From the IMG/VR virus record IMGVR_UViG_3300012347_000350, positions 1,401-65,400 of that record: a stretch of DNA of 64,000 nucleotides. One strand, given 5' to 3'. The position numbers and the translations under genes are program-made. This stretch comes from a virus. This document shows positions 46,704-54,778 of this stretch, one piece after another. The notes beneath the pieces were generated by a model, which was given only the letters and a program-made list of their open reading frames with translations, made no database searches and had not been told where the DNA came from. Each line of letters begins with the position of its first letter. The first letter of the stretch is position 1.

Positions 46704-47017
46704 GGTTTTCCTATAAAAACACCTTATAGGGTGCATATAGTAAACCAAAAAGAAAAGACCTAAAAGAGTGTACTACTTAATAGTTACAGTACAACCATAT
46801 ATACGGAGTATAGGGAGGAACCACCAAAGACAGCGGGTGCCCGCAGTTTAACGAGAAAACAATCCCCTCGACTTTGGTCAAGAATCACTGCCTAATTTTT
46901 AGGCACAGGTTTTTGGGGAAAATAAAAAATAGGTACGGATGCAGGACTGACTGTGTTTACACATCAATACCAACTACCCCCCCCCTATACGCTGCGCCCT
47001 GGCATAGCGTTTCATCC

Positions 47018-47036
47018 GCACTCCGTGCACTGGTGG
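47018..47036 (+). promoter_or_regulatory. vRNAP hairpin promoter 1
   Basis: GCAC-TCC-GTGC (template-strand loop GGA, as in N4 P2), TGG at 47034. Confidence 0.75.
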
Positions 47037-47070
47037 GCAATCTCGCCCTCCATTCCTAGGAGTACTCAAC

Positions 47071-47271
47071 ATGTTTGGAGCAATCATCAACGTCGTCATC
47101 TCTGTTTGCCTCGCACTACAGAAATACGCGAAAGCATTCGAAGCCTCAGGCGACATGGTCAACCGTGTCGTCACCGTCGCTGACAAGCACGTCCAGAACT
47201 GGGAACTTGAGCAAGACCTCAAGATCTCAGAAGTCAAGGCCAAGGTTCTCGCCAACAACAAGAAACCCTAA
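47071..47271 (+). CDS. Early hypothetical protein
   Basis: 66 aa with AGGAG RBS; first gene after promoter 1. Confidence 0.75.
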   Translation: MFGAIINVVISVCLALQKYAKAFEASGDMVNRVVTVADKHVQNWELEQDLKISEVKAKVLANNKKP

Positions 47272-47366
47272 GCCCAAGCCCACTTCGGTGGGCTAAAGCC
47301 CTCTACACATTCAACACATAGAGATAGTCAGTTCTTAGATAGAACTGTCTCTCCAATCTACTGCAC

Positions 47367-47386
47367 AGCACTCCGTGCTTCAGTGG
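47367..47386 (+). promoter_or_regulatory. vRNAP hairpin promoter 2
   Basis: AGCAC-TCC-GTGCT, TGG at 47384. Confidence 0.75.
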
Positions 47387-47535
47387 ATACCGATACCCAT
47401 CGGGTAGAGGTTTTGTGAGAGAAGGCTGAGCAACGCCTCAGTTCTCTAAATCCCCTCAGTTAGTCAGCACTAACTCACCTCATCCTCATTCCGATATCAA
47501 CCCGATATCCAAACCCAATTCCAAGGAGCATCTCA

Positions 47536-47754
47536 ATGATCACGCGCAAACAAATCTCTCGTCTGTTCTACATCTACACCGAAGCCTCTGTGGCTGTGAT
47601 GTTGGGCTTCTTCTCAATCATCGAACTCGCCTGCTACTTCGTAGTGCCTGAGTTCTTCCAACCACTAGCACTCGGCGGAGCCGTGGTGCTTGCCTTCATG
47701 ACCATCTCTTTGGTGGTCTACATCTACAACTGTGAAAAGAAATGGAGTGAGTAA
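47536..47754 (+). CDS. Early two-TM membrane protein
   Basis: 72 aa with AAGGAG RBS. Confidence 0.7.
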   Translation: MITRKQISRLFYIYTEASVAVMLGFFSIIELACYFVVPEFFQPLALGGAVVLAFMTISLVVYIYNCEKKWSE

Positions 47755-47924
47755 TGTCACGAGCCCAACTGTCCGTCGAAACCCTAGCTGACATCTATTC
47801 CGCATGGTGCCAAGCCTTGCCTCCACTTCAGGTGGCCAAGGCCCTGCGCTTGGTGCCTAGCACTGTCATCACCGAGTACGTCCGTCTGGACGATCTCGTC
47901 CTTCACTCTCAAACCAAGGGATAA
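47754..47924 (+). CDS. Early 56-aa protein (HTH-like)
   Basis: Translated by hand: MSRAQLSVETLADIYSAWCQALPPLQVAKALRLVPSTVITEYVRLDD...; coupled to the upstream stop. Confidence 0.6.
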   Translation: MSRAQLSVETLADIYSAWCQALPPLQVAKALRLVPSTVITEYVRLDDLVLHSQTKG

Positions 47925-47928
47925 CCCT

Positions 47929-48018
47929 ATGAAAACCAAACTCATTACTGCTGCTCAGACCATCCTTGCCATCGCCCTTTGGGGTGGCATTGGGGCACTT
48001 CTCGCATGGCGAGGCTGA
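47929..48018 (+). CDS. Early 29-aa membrane peptide
   Basis: MKTKLITAAQTILAIALWGGIGALLAWRG, translated by hand. Confidence 0.5.
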   Translation: MKTKLITAAQTILAIALWGGIGALLAWRG

Positions 48019-48123
48019 GCATTGATCTATATCAATGCCTGACACAACTCTTACATCTGACCTGCATTCACATGGTGCTACCTTCCGGCCCTGCTGTGTG
48101 TGTGGTCATGGGACAGCTGCGGT

Positions 48124-48145
48124 TTTGGGCTCCGCCCAAAGGTGG
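48124..48145 (+). promoter_or_regulatory. vRNAP hairpin promoter 3
   Basis: TTTGGGC-TCC-GCCCAAA (7-bp stem), TGG at 48143. Confidence 0.8.
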
Positions 48146-48183
48146 CAAATCCTGCCTTCTATCCTTTAACTCTGGAGATTCTC

Positions 48184-48459
48184 ATGGCCTTCAATCAATC
48201 CAACGCACAGCGTACTGAAACCCAAGCTAACGACAGCTGGAAAGCCCAAGGCTTCCTGAACCTGTACTTGCCCAGCAAGAACGGTCAGCGCAAGAAGCTC
48301 GGCGCTATCCCTCTCAAAGAATCCAAGCACAGCGAGAAGCATCTGCTGGCCTGGCTGAACGAAGATCCCAGCCGCGTTGCTCAGATCCTGGCCAAGCTGG
48401 AGATCGAGTACCAGTCGGCAACACCGGCTGATGCCTCGGGCTTCGCGCTCGGCGACTAA
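48184..48459 (+). CDS. ssDNA-binding RNAPII cofactor (Drc / N4 gp2-like)
   Basis: ATG 48184; KAQGFLNLYLPSKNG..KKLGAIPL resembles LUZ7 Drc as recalled; just upstream of RNAP1. Confidence 0.7.
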   Translation: MAFNQSNAQRTETQANDSWKAQGFLNLYLPSKNGQRKKLGAIPLKESKHSEKHLLAWLNEDPSRVAQILAKLEIEYQSATPADASGFALGD

Positions 48460-48479
48460 GCATCGGGTTCCTCGACCCA

Positions 48480-48513
48480 AGACCACTGCCCTAACGGGTG
48501 GTGGTCTTTTTTT
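48480..48513 (+). terminator. Intrinsic terminator after the Drc-like gene
   Basis: AGACCACTGCCC-TAAC-GGGTGGTGGTCT plus T run. Confidence 0.75.
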
Positions 48514-48554
48514 GTCCAGTCGATTCTCAGCAGAGACAGTCATGCCCTTAGTTT

Positions 48555-48573
48555 GGACTCCGTCCGTGGCTGG
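48555..48573 (+). promoter_or_regulatory. vRNAP hairpin promoter 4 (drives the RNAPII genes)
   Basis: GGAC-TCC-GTCC, TGG at 48571. Confidence 0.7.
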
Positions 48574-48605
48574 CGCTTTTGCCAGATTCCATAGACGAGG
48601 AACCC

Positions 48606-49511
48606 ATGGAAACCATCAAACAAGTCATCCTGCAAGAGATGAATGAGGAGCGGTACAACCGCAAGCACATCGATGCCAAGATCAAAGACTTCATCCTTCA
48701 CGACGTCCGGACTTCTGAACAAGTCTTCATGGGCGTCATGCTCGTAGAGAAATACATCGCTGGTGAGTACTACCCATCCAAAGCCAAGCGTGTAGCTCAG
48801 CTGCACCAACTGGACATCCCAGCACTGGTGATGGAGATGTTCATCGGCGTGGCCTACTGCCTCAAGCCTGAGCTCTTCACATCCGTGAGTGCCCAGATTG
48901 CCTGCCGTCTGAAGTTCTCTGATCGCACTGAAGCCATCACCACGGTAGCGGAGCTACTTGGTGTGCTGTGCCAAACAGATGCCTTCGACATCGACAAAAA
49001 GGACAAGATGGCAAGCCTTGAACTGGTGTCTCGCCTGAATCTGCCAGCCAATCTGGTGGACTTCATCGAGAACTCTCAATACTTGCCACCCATGGTGTGT
49101 GAACCACTGGAACTGACCCACAACTTCAGCTCCGGCTACCTGACCCACAACGATTCGTTGATCTTGGGCACAGGCAATCACCACGATGGTGACATCTGTC
49201 TCGATGTTCTGAACCTCATGAACCGCGTGGCCCTGCGACTCGATACGGACTTCCTCAGCACTGTTGAAGAAGAACCCACCTTCGAGATCGATACTCAGGA
49301 CAAAGAAGACTTGTGGGCTGACTTCAAACGTCAGTCATACAAGTTCTACAGCCTGATGGTGCAGTGTGGCAACCAGTTCTATCTCACCCACAAGGTGGAT
49401 AAACGTGGCCGCATCTATGCCTGTGGGTACCACATCACCACGCAAGGCACCGCGTTCAAGAAAGCCTCGATTGAGCTCGCTCATGAGGAGATCGTGACAG
49501 GTGCACCATGA
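48606..49511 (+). CDS. RNA polymerase II subunit 1 (N4 gp15-like)
   Basis: QYLPPMVCEP; HHDGDICLDVLN..N.V.L.LD; FYLTHKVDKRGRIYACGYHITTQG. Confidence 0.92.
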   Translation: METIKQVILQEMNEERYNRKHIDAKIKDFILHDVRTSEQVFMGVMLVEKYIAGEYYPSKAKRVAQLHQLDIPALVMEMFIGVAYCLKPELFTSVSAQIACRLKFSDRTEAITTVAELLGVLCQTDAFDIDKKDKMASLELVSRLNLPANLVDFIENSQYLPPMVCEPLELTHNFSSGYLTHNDSLILGTGNHHDGDICLDVLNLMNRVALRLDTDFLSTVEEEPTFEIDTQDKEDLWADFKRQSYKFYSLMVQCGNQFYLTHKVDKRGRIYACGYHITTQGTAFKKASIELAHEEIVTGAP

Positions 49512-49771
49512 GAGCCACCTACTTCTGGTACCAGGACAGGCTGGTTAACATCAGGCCTCAGGTTCGAACCGAGTCATTCGAGCAAGCCGTCATGCACAAG
49601 TACAGGTACTGCCCTTGTGTAGACGACTTTGAGACTGAACCCAACATGCGTTATGGCATTTGGGCTCAAGACGACAGTACTCGCCATTGGTCAGCGATCT
49701 GGGAAACCAGACATATCCAGGAATTCCCAGCTGAGTTCAGGGCACACCTACTTCTGTTGGGGGTGTCATGA
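49508..49771 (+). CDS. Small paralogue 1 (PxEF..LL.LG family)
   Basis: 87 aa; ATGA overlap; ends FPAEFRAHLLLLGVS. Confidence 0.75.
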   Translation: MRATYFWYQDRLVNIRPQVRTESFEQAVMHKYRYCPCVDDFETEPNMRYGIWAQDDSTRHWSAIWETRHIQEFPAEFRAHLLLLGVS

Positions 49772-49989
49772 GCCGGCCGTACTACCTCTGGAAAGGTGGC
49801 GATGTCCTGATCTGCAACGACTGGAGCAGCGCCTCCCAAGAAGACAACTACTTCGTCTTTGACCCTGTCGAAAATGAAGCTGACGACCGTTGGGGTGTCA
49901 TTGTCAAAGGCAGATGGTGGCCACGCGATGTGGACTCCATCCCAGCTGAGTTCAAAACCAAACTACTTATCCTAGGAGCATTTCAATGA
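49768..49989 (+). CDS. Small paralogue 2
   Basis: 73 aa; ends IPAEFKTKLLILGAFQ. Confidence 0.75.
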   Translation: MSRPYYLWKGGDVLICNDWSSASQEDNYFVFDPVENEADDRWGVIVKGRWWPRDVDSIPAEFKTKLLILGAFQ

Positions 49990-50198
49990 AAGAGTTTTAC
50001 GTATGGGCCGGTGGAAAGCTCCTTGAGTTTGACACCTGGTCTGAAGTCCGCAAGTACAAACGTGCGTGCTTGTACAAACCCAAAGCCGTGCTGCACCAAT
50101 GGCGTTTTGTGCGCAAGCACAAGTGGATAGGGTCTGAGAAAGAAAAGATGCCCAAGGAGTTCATCCTGGCACTTCTCATCATGGGCGTGCAGGCATGA
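49986..50198 (+). CDS. Small paralogue 3
   Basis: 70 aa; ends MPKEFILALLIMGVQA. Confidence 0.75.
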   Translation: MKEFYVWAGGKLLEFDTWSEVRKYKRACLYKPKAVLHQWRFVRKHKWIGSEKEKMPKEFILALLIMGVQA

Positions 50199-50413
50199 AG
50201 TCTCGCTACTACCTGTACCGCATGGGCAAGTTTGTCGAAGCCACTGACAATGCAAGCCTCTGGGAATACCAGGGTTACTACTGCCTCGACATGGGTGTTG
50301 ATCGCCAATCCCCAACCTGGGGAATGGTGCTCGGTGGACATCTTCGAGAAGTCAAGCCAGACAACTTCCCAACAGCCTTCAAAGCACATCTACTCATCCT
50401 GGATGTGCCGTGA
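50195..50413 (+). CDS. Small paralogue 4
   Basis: 72 aa; ends FPTAFKAHLLILDVP. Confidence 0.75.
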   Translation: MKSRYYLYRMGKFVEATDNASLWEYQGYYCLDMGVDRQSPTWGMVLGGHLREVKPDNFPTAFKAHLLILDVP

Positions 50414-50661
50414 TTGTCCGTCTGTACTACGCCAACCAGTTGCTCCAGCAATGGTGGAGAAGCAGCCACTTCTCCAGCCTGGGTGGCATTCCCTCTGACA
50501 TCCGAGAGACCCATGGTCTCGAGGTCTACAACGGTGGGTACATCTCATGTACTCCCAACAATCACCACGGCACCGAATGGTACCGATGTGACCTCATCCC
50601 AGTTCGACAAATAGAAGTTCCCAAAGAACTTCTCGTTCTAGAACTCCTCAACCCTCCATAG
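50410..50661 (+). CDS. Small paralogue 5 (divergent)
   Basis: 83 aa; GTGA overlap; ends VPKELLVLELLNPP. Confidence 0.7.
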   Translation: MIVRLYYANQLLQQWWRSSHFSSLGGIPSDIRETHGLEVYNGGYISCTPNNHHGTEWYRCDLIPVRQIEVPKELLVLELLNPP

Positions 50662-50670
50662 AAACCCATC

Positions 50671-51909
50671 ATGAAATTCTTCACAGGCTACCAATACCTT
50701 CTAATCGACGCTGCTACGCAGTTCGGATTGGACAAACTGACCTTCGAAGCCCGCATTGCGTGGACTGAGAAGAACATCAATGACCTCGAGTCATTGGCCA
50801 CTCAAGCTGAGACCAAGCCGCTCTACCTCAAGGCTGTTCAAGCCATCCGCAAGGCCCAGCAAGGCTTGCCCATGGGCCATCTCGTCGGTGTCGACGGTAC
50901 CTGCTCTGGCATCCAAGTCATGTCAGTCCTCACGGGCTGCGAGGCAGGTGCTCGTGCGACCGGTCTCGTTGACCCTGATGTGCGTGCCGATGCCTACACC
51001 GCGTGCACTGAAGCCATGAATGTCATCCTCGGTGGCAATCTGGTGGTGCCGCGTAGCGACGCCAAGCAGGCCCTGATGACGTCCTTCTACGGCTCCAAGG
51101 CCCAGCCGAAGTCCCTCTTCGGTGAGGACACCCCAGAGCTGGCTGCCTTCTACCAGGCTGCCAAGACCATTGCACCGGGTGCCTGGGAACTGCTCCAAGA
51201 CCTCTTGGCCAGCTGGCAACCCTACGCACTCAGCCATGAGTGGGTGCTGCCTGACGGCTACGATGCCCGCATCAAGGTCATGACCAAGAAGGAAGCCCGC
51301 ATCGAGGTGGACGAATTGGACGGTGCCAGCTTCACCTATGAGTTCTACGAGAACCAAGGGCAGAAGTCTGGCCTGAGCAATGCCGCCAACCTCACCCACT
51401 CCGTGGATGCGTACATCCTGCGCTCCATGCACCGCCGCTGTAACTACGACCGCGCGCTGGTGGAGTACGCAGCTGGCCTGCTCGAGATCGAGATGATTGC
51501 CCGCAACCTGGGCCAAACCATGCAACCAGCGGATTCACAAGATCCGGTGTGCGTGTATCTCGAGCACTTCCAGCGCAGCACCGTGGCTGATGTGGTCATC
51601 CTGCCGTATCTCACCCCTGAGAACACCGGCTACTTGTCCAGCAAGCACCTTGAAGCCTTGGCCACCATCGTCAATGGCATGCTCCAGTACCAGCCATTTG
51701 AGCTCGTCACCATCCATGACGAGTTCAAGGCACACCCCAACAACATGAACTGGGTGCGCTGGCAGTACAAGGAGATCATGGCTGAACTGGCCGATAGCTT
51801 CTTGCTGGACGACCTCTTGAGCCAGATCCATGGCACCACGGGCTACTTCCCCAAGTTGAACCACAACCTGGGCGATGTCATCCGCCAGTCCAACTATGGC
51901 CTTTGCTAA
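50671..51909 (+). CDS. RNA polymerase II subunit 2 (N4 gp16-like)
   Basis: Motif A VDGTCSGIQ, motif B RSDAKQALMTSFYGS, motif C TIHDEF. Confidence 0.93.
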   Translation: MKFFTGYQYLLIDAATQFGLDKLTFEARIAWTEKNINDLESLATQAETKPLYLKAVQAIRKAQQGLPMGHLVGVDGTCSGIQVMSVLTGCEAGARATGLVDPDVRADAYTACTEAMNVILGGNLVVPRSDAKQALMTSFYGSKAQPKSLFGEDTPELAAFYQAAKTIAPGAWELLQDLLASWQPYALSHEWVLPDGYDARIKVMTKKEARIEVDELDGASFTYEFYENQGQKSGLSNAANLTHSVDAYILRSMHRRCNYDRALVEYAAGLLEIEMIARNLGQTMQPADSQDPVCVYLEHFQRSTVADVVILPYLTPENTGYLSSKHLEALATIVNGMLQYQPFELVTIHDEFKAHPNNMNWVRWQYKEIMAELADSFLLDDLLSQIHGTTGYFPKLNHNLGDVIRQSNYGLC

Positions 51910-51928
51910 GCTCAAGAAACGGCCTTAC

Positions 51929-52228
51929 GTGTCACTCTTCAAAAAGTGCACTGAGTGCAAGTACCACATCCTCAGGGATGAGGGGTACAGCAACTACACG
52001 GTTGAGGGCACTGCCTTCAACTGTGCACTGGGGTTGAACCCGCACGCACCCTTCGACAACTTCTATTCCAAGGCCCCTGAGCTGAACTTTGCAGAGTCCT
52101 GCACGAGCTTCAAGTCGGGTCTAGGACTTCAGATAGATGTCGATGGGGAAGTCATGGACAACTTGACCCCAGCTCAAGAAGAACTTCTCGAACTCGAAAA
52201 GACTTCCATGCTGATCAAGCAGATCTGA
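51929..52228 (+). CDS. Cys-rich hypothetical protein
   Basis: GTG 51929; CTECKY...FNC...SC. Confidence 0.6.
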   Translation: MSLFKKCTECKYHILRDEGYSNYTVEGTAFNCALGLNPHAPFDNFYSKAPELNFAESCTSFKSGLGLQIDVDGEVMDNLTPAQEELLELEKTSMLIKQI

Positions 52229-52271
52229 TCCAAGCAGGCGCCTACCCGGCGCTGGGCGATTGGGAAAATTG

Positions 52272-52303
52272 GGGCTCACCGAAAAGGTGGGCCCTATTTT
52301 TTT
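52272..52303 (+). terminator. Intrinsic terminator
   Basis: GGGCTCACC/GGTGGGCCC stem plus T7. Confidence 0.75.
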
Positions 52304-52405
52304 GCCCAAAACCAAAAACTTCTCAACCGATATCCTGACTAGGTCAGGATTTCATTTTTTGACTATACCCAGCCGATAGGCTGCACAAAACCAAGAAAGC
52401 TATCC

Positions 52406-52750
52406 ATGACCCAGCCAGAATCTCCCCGCGAGTCACTGGACGACCTTAAAAAGAAGGTCTCCCAACAGATCCGCCGCATTCATCCCATGACCACTTTAGA
52501 CTTCGAAGCCTTGGACAAAGCCATGGACCAGTACGAGGAAGCCCAGCGCAACAAGAAGCTGCGTGAATGGTTGATTTACCAAGCACCTCCAGGCGTCTAT
52601 GACCTGTTCCTCAAGGAACGGCAAAAGCAAGTCCAGCTCATGATCCAGCGCAGCAAGTATGCCGCTGGTGTCTGGACCTTGTTGTGCCTTTTCATGGTTG
52701 GCCTTGCTGCCTATCAGATCTACATAGGCTGGAAGGTCATGGCACCATGA
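52406..52750 (+). CDS. Membrane-anchored hypothetical protein
   Basis: 114 aa; coiled region plus a C-terminal TM segment. Confidence 0.65.
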   Translation: MTQPESPRESLDDLKKKVSQQIRRIHPMTTLDFEALDKAMDQYEEAQRNKKLREWLIYQAPPGVYDLFLKERQKQVQLMIQRSKYAAGVWTLLCLFMVGLAAYQIYIGWKVMAP

Positions 52751-52875
52751 AAACCATCTTTATAACCATCGCCTCGACAGTCCTGGCGACCACCGTGTTG
52801 CTCGCTGCAGTGACCTTTTATTACCTCAGCCAAAAACCAAAGGTCTACACATGCCAGAAGATCGAGACGATTTAA
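52747..52875 (+). CDS. Small membrane protein
   Basis: ATG overlaps the upstream stop; MKTIFITIASTVLATTVLLAAVTFYY. Confidence 0.55.
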   Translation: MKTIFITIASTVLATTVLLAAVTFYYLSQKPKVYTCQKIETI

Positions 52876-53045
52876 ACCCGGACGATCCAGACGGCTTGCT
52901 TGAAAAGCAACCTGAGGACGAAGACGACGACGAGCCTATTTGCTCAGCCTGCAATGGCTCGGGCGAAGGCATGTATGACGGCTCCACCTGCTACAAGTGC
53001 CATGGCTACGGCCATGAGCGCTGTGAGAAAGACGATGAACCATGA
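52851..53045 (+). CDS. DnaJ-type zinc-finger mini-protein
   Basis: CSACNGSG...CYKCHGYG after an acidic stretch. Confidence 0.65.
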   Translation: MPEDRDDLNPDDPDGLLEKQPEDEDDDEPICSACNGSGEGMYDGSTCYKCHGYGHERCEKDDEP

Positions 53046-53233
53046 TCAAGACAGTACTCGCAGACGGCGCACCGTGGCCAGTTTATGAGCCCAAAGTTGG
53101 GCGAAAAGAAATTTCGCCCAAATCGCCCAACCCAAAAATTCGCCCAAAACCAAAGAAAAAACCCAGCAAGATTGCCCGCACTGATGCCAAGTACATCGAG
53201 TGGGCAGGAAAGACGTTAGGAACTGTTTTATGA
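53042..53233 (+). CDS. Small basic Lys/Pro-rich protein
   Basis: 63 aa with ATGA overlaps on both sides. Confidence 0.6.
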   Translation: MIKTVLADGAPWPVYEPKVGRKEISPKSPNPKIRPKPKKKPSKIARTDAKYIEWAGKTLGTVL

Positions 53234-53445
53234 AATACCGTGACCTCCTTGCCTACCCTGTCATGTACGCCATTGCGTATGTGCTCATGGGCTTCATCAA
53301 TTGGAACCGTGATCCTGAAACCTGGAGCGTTGCAGCTCGAGTGATCTGGATCATCTGGGGAACCATCTGGGGCATGGCCCTGCAATACCGACTCAACCAG
53401 GACATCAAATGCCAAACCCTGACAACACCATCGCCTGGGAAATAA
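53230..53445 (+). CDS. Small two-TM protein
   Basis: ATG 53230; YPVMYAIAYVLMGFINW...IWIIWGTIWG. Confidence 0.6.
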   Translation: MKYRDLLAYPVMYAIAYVLMGFINWNRDPETWSVAARVIWIIWGTIWGMALQYRLNQDIKCQTLTTPSPGK

Positions 53446-53639
53446 AAAACCACCGCCTCAAGCACCACTTGACTGAGGCCGAGTACCACAAGCTCTCCTC
53501 TAAGGTGCGCCAGTGGTACCGACCCTACGTGGCACCCGTTCCCAAGTGCCGCTGCTGTGGCACTACTGAAAACCTCCATGAAGATCTGGGTAGCGGCGGG
53601 CCATACCGCTGCAATTCACCCGACTGCATGGTCTTCTGA
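53409..53639 (+). CDS. Small Zn-binding hypothetical protein
   Basis: CRCCGTTENLH...YRCNSPDC. Confidence 0.6.
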   Translation: MPNPDNTIAWEIKNHRLKHHLTEAEYHKLSSKVRQWYRPYVAPVPKCRCCGTTENLHEDLGSGGPYRCNSPDCMVF

Positions 53640-53648
53640 AAGCACACC

Positions 53649-53915
53649 ATGAGTTGCCACATCTGCAGCAAATACGACTGCATGGGCGGTTGCATGGACA
53701 AAGTCCTCAACAAGCCCGTTGCACCGTTTACTGAACTCGTCCTTGGCTATGACAAGGCAGGTAAACCCATCCACGAAGCCAAGCCTGGCTACGTCTACAC
53801 CCACGCATTCATCATGTGCCGCGAATGTGCAGGGCCCATCCGGGCCTGTGGTGGTCCGTCCTACGGAAGCATCTGCATTCACTGCCATGAAACCTTAAAC
53901 AAGAAAGCATCATGA
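53649..53915 (+). CDS. Cys-rich hypothetical protein
   Basis: CHIC..DC.GGC; CREC...CIHC. Confidence 0.6.
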   Translation: MSCHICSKYDCMGGCMDKVLNKPVAPFTELVLGYDKAGKPIHEAKPGYVYTHAFIMCRECAGPIRACGGPSYGSICIHCHETLNKKAS

Positions 53916-53918
53916 CCC

Positions 53919-54257
53919 ATGACACCTCTGTACCTCAAATTTCTCAGCCACTTGGCTGACATCAACCCATCCAAGCACTTCACAGTCGACTTTACCGCCG
54001 AGAAACTCCTCGACATCATCGGCTGCTGCCACTTTCACGAGCCTTTGACCGTCACTGAAGCCATGCAGCTTCAGGAGATTGGCTCACCAGCCACCATTCA
54101 CCGCAAGATCGACGATTTACTGATTGCCGGACTCATCTGGCATGAACAACTCGGCGACAACCGCCGTACCAAATACCTCAGGCTCACTCCAAGGGCAGTT
54201 GCGTATTACGCACTGCTTAGTGAAGCCATGGTCAACGCCACTCTGGAAGGAAATTAA
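53919..54257 (+). CDS. Winged-helix (MarR-like) DNA-binding protein
   Basis: LTVTEAM...GSPATIHRKIDDL..AGLI...DNRRTKYLRLT. Confidence 0.7.
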   Translation: MTPLYLKFLSHLADINPSKHFTVDFTAEKLLDIIGCCHFHEPLTVTEAMQLQEIGSPATIHRKIDDLLIAGLIWHEQLGDNRRTKYLRLTPRAVAYYALLSEAMVNATLEGN

Positions 54258-54260
54258 GCC

Positions 54261-54590
54261 ATGACAGTCAAATGCCTTGATGAACACACCAAGAACTTCA
54301 TTGCTGCTGCTTATCGTGAAGGTGTCTACGACACCGATGAGCTTGCTGAGATGAACGACGTCTCTAAACGCACCATCAACCGTGTGTGTGTTGAGTTGGG
54401 CGTCAACAAGTTCCGTGTGTCCCGTCCTCGTAAACAACTCGAGCTGCCAATCAGCATGGAGCCTTCAGCTGAAGACATCCAAATTCCTGAAGTCCCAGCT
54501 CCTGTTGTTACCCCAACTCCACCTGCACGCTCTTTCAAAGACGCCATCTTGGACTTCATTGCCAAGACCATTCTGCATTTCAAGAAATGA
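54261..54590 (+). CDS. HTH DNA-binding protein
   Basis: DELAEMNDVSKRTINRV HTH motif. Confidence 0.7.
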   Translation: MTVKCLDEHTKNFIAAAYREGVYDTDELAEMNDVSKRTINRVCVELGVNKFRVSRPRKQLELPISMEPSAEDIQIPEVPAPVVTPTPPARSFKDAILDFIAKTILHFKK

Positions 54591-54778
54591 CCCACTCTGC
54601 CGTCAACCCTCAGCCGCAACTCCGCGCGGCACCTATGGGCCTTTTCCCCACCATGGGAAGCCTCCAGGAAGTCATCGACTTCGCTGACTCCAAACTGCCC
54701 ATCATGGACAAAAACGACCTGTTCAGCCTCCTGATGACCTACCACAACACCCTTCTGAAAGTTTCATCGTGCAAGTAA
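54587..54778 (+). CDS. Hypothetical protein
   Basis: 63 aa; LFPTMGSLQEVIDFA...LMTYHNTLL; coupled to neighbours. Confidence 0.65.
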   Translation: MTHSAVNPQPQLRAAPMGLFPTMGSLQEVIDFADSKLPIMDKNDLFSLLMTYHNTLLKVSSCK

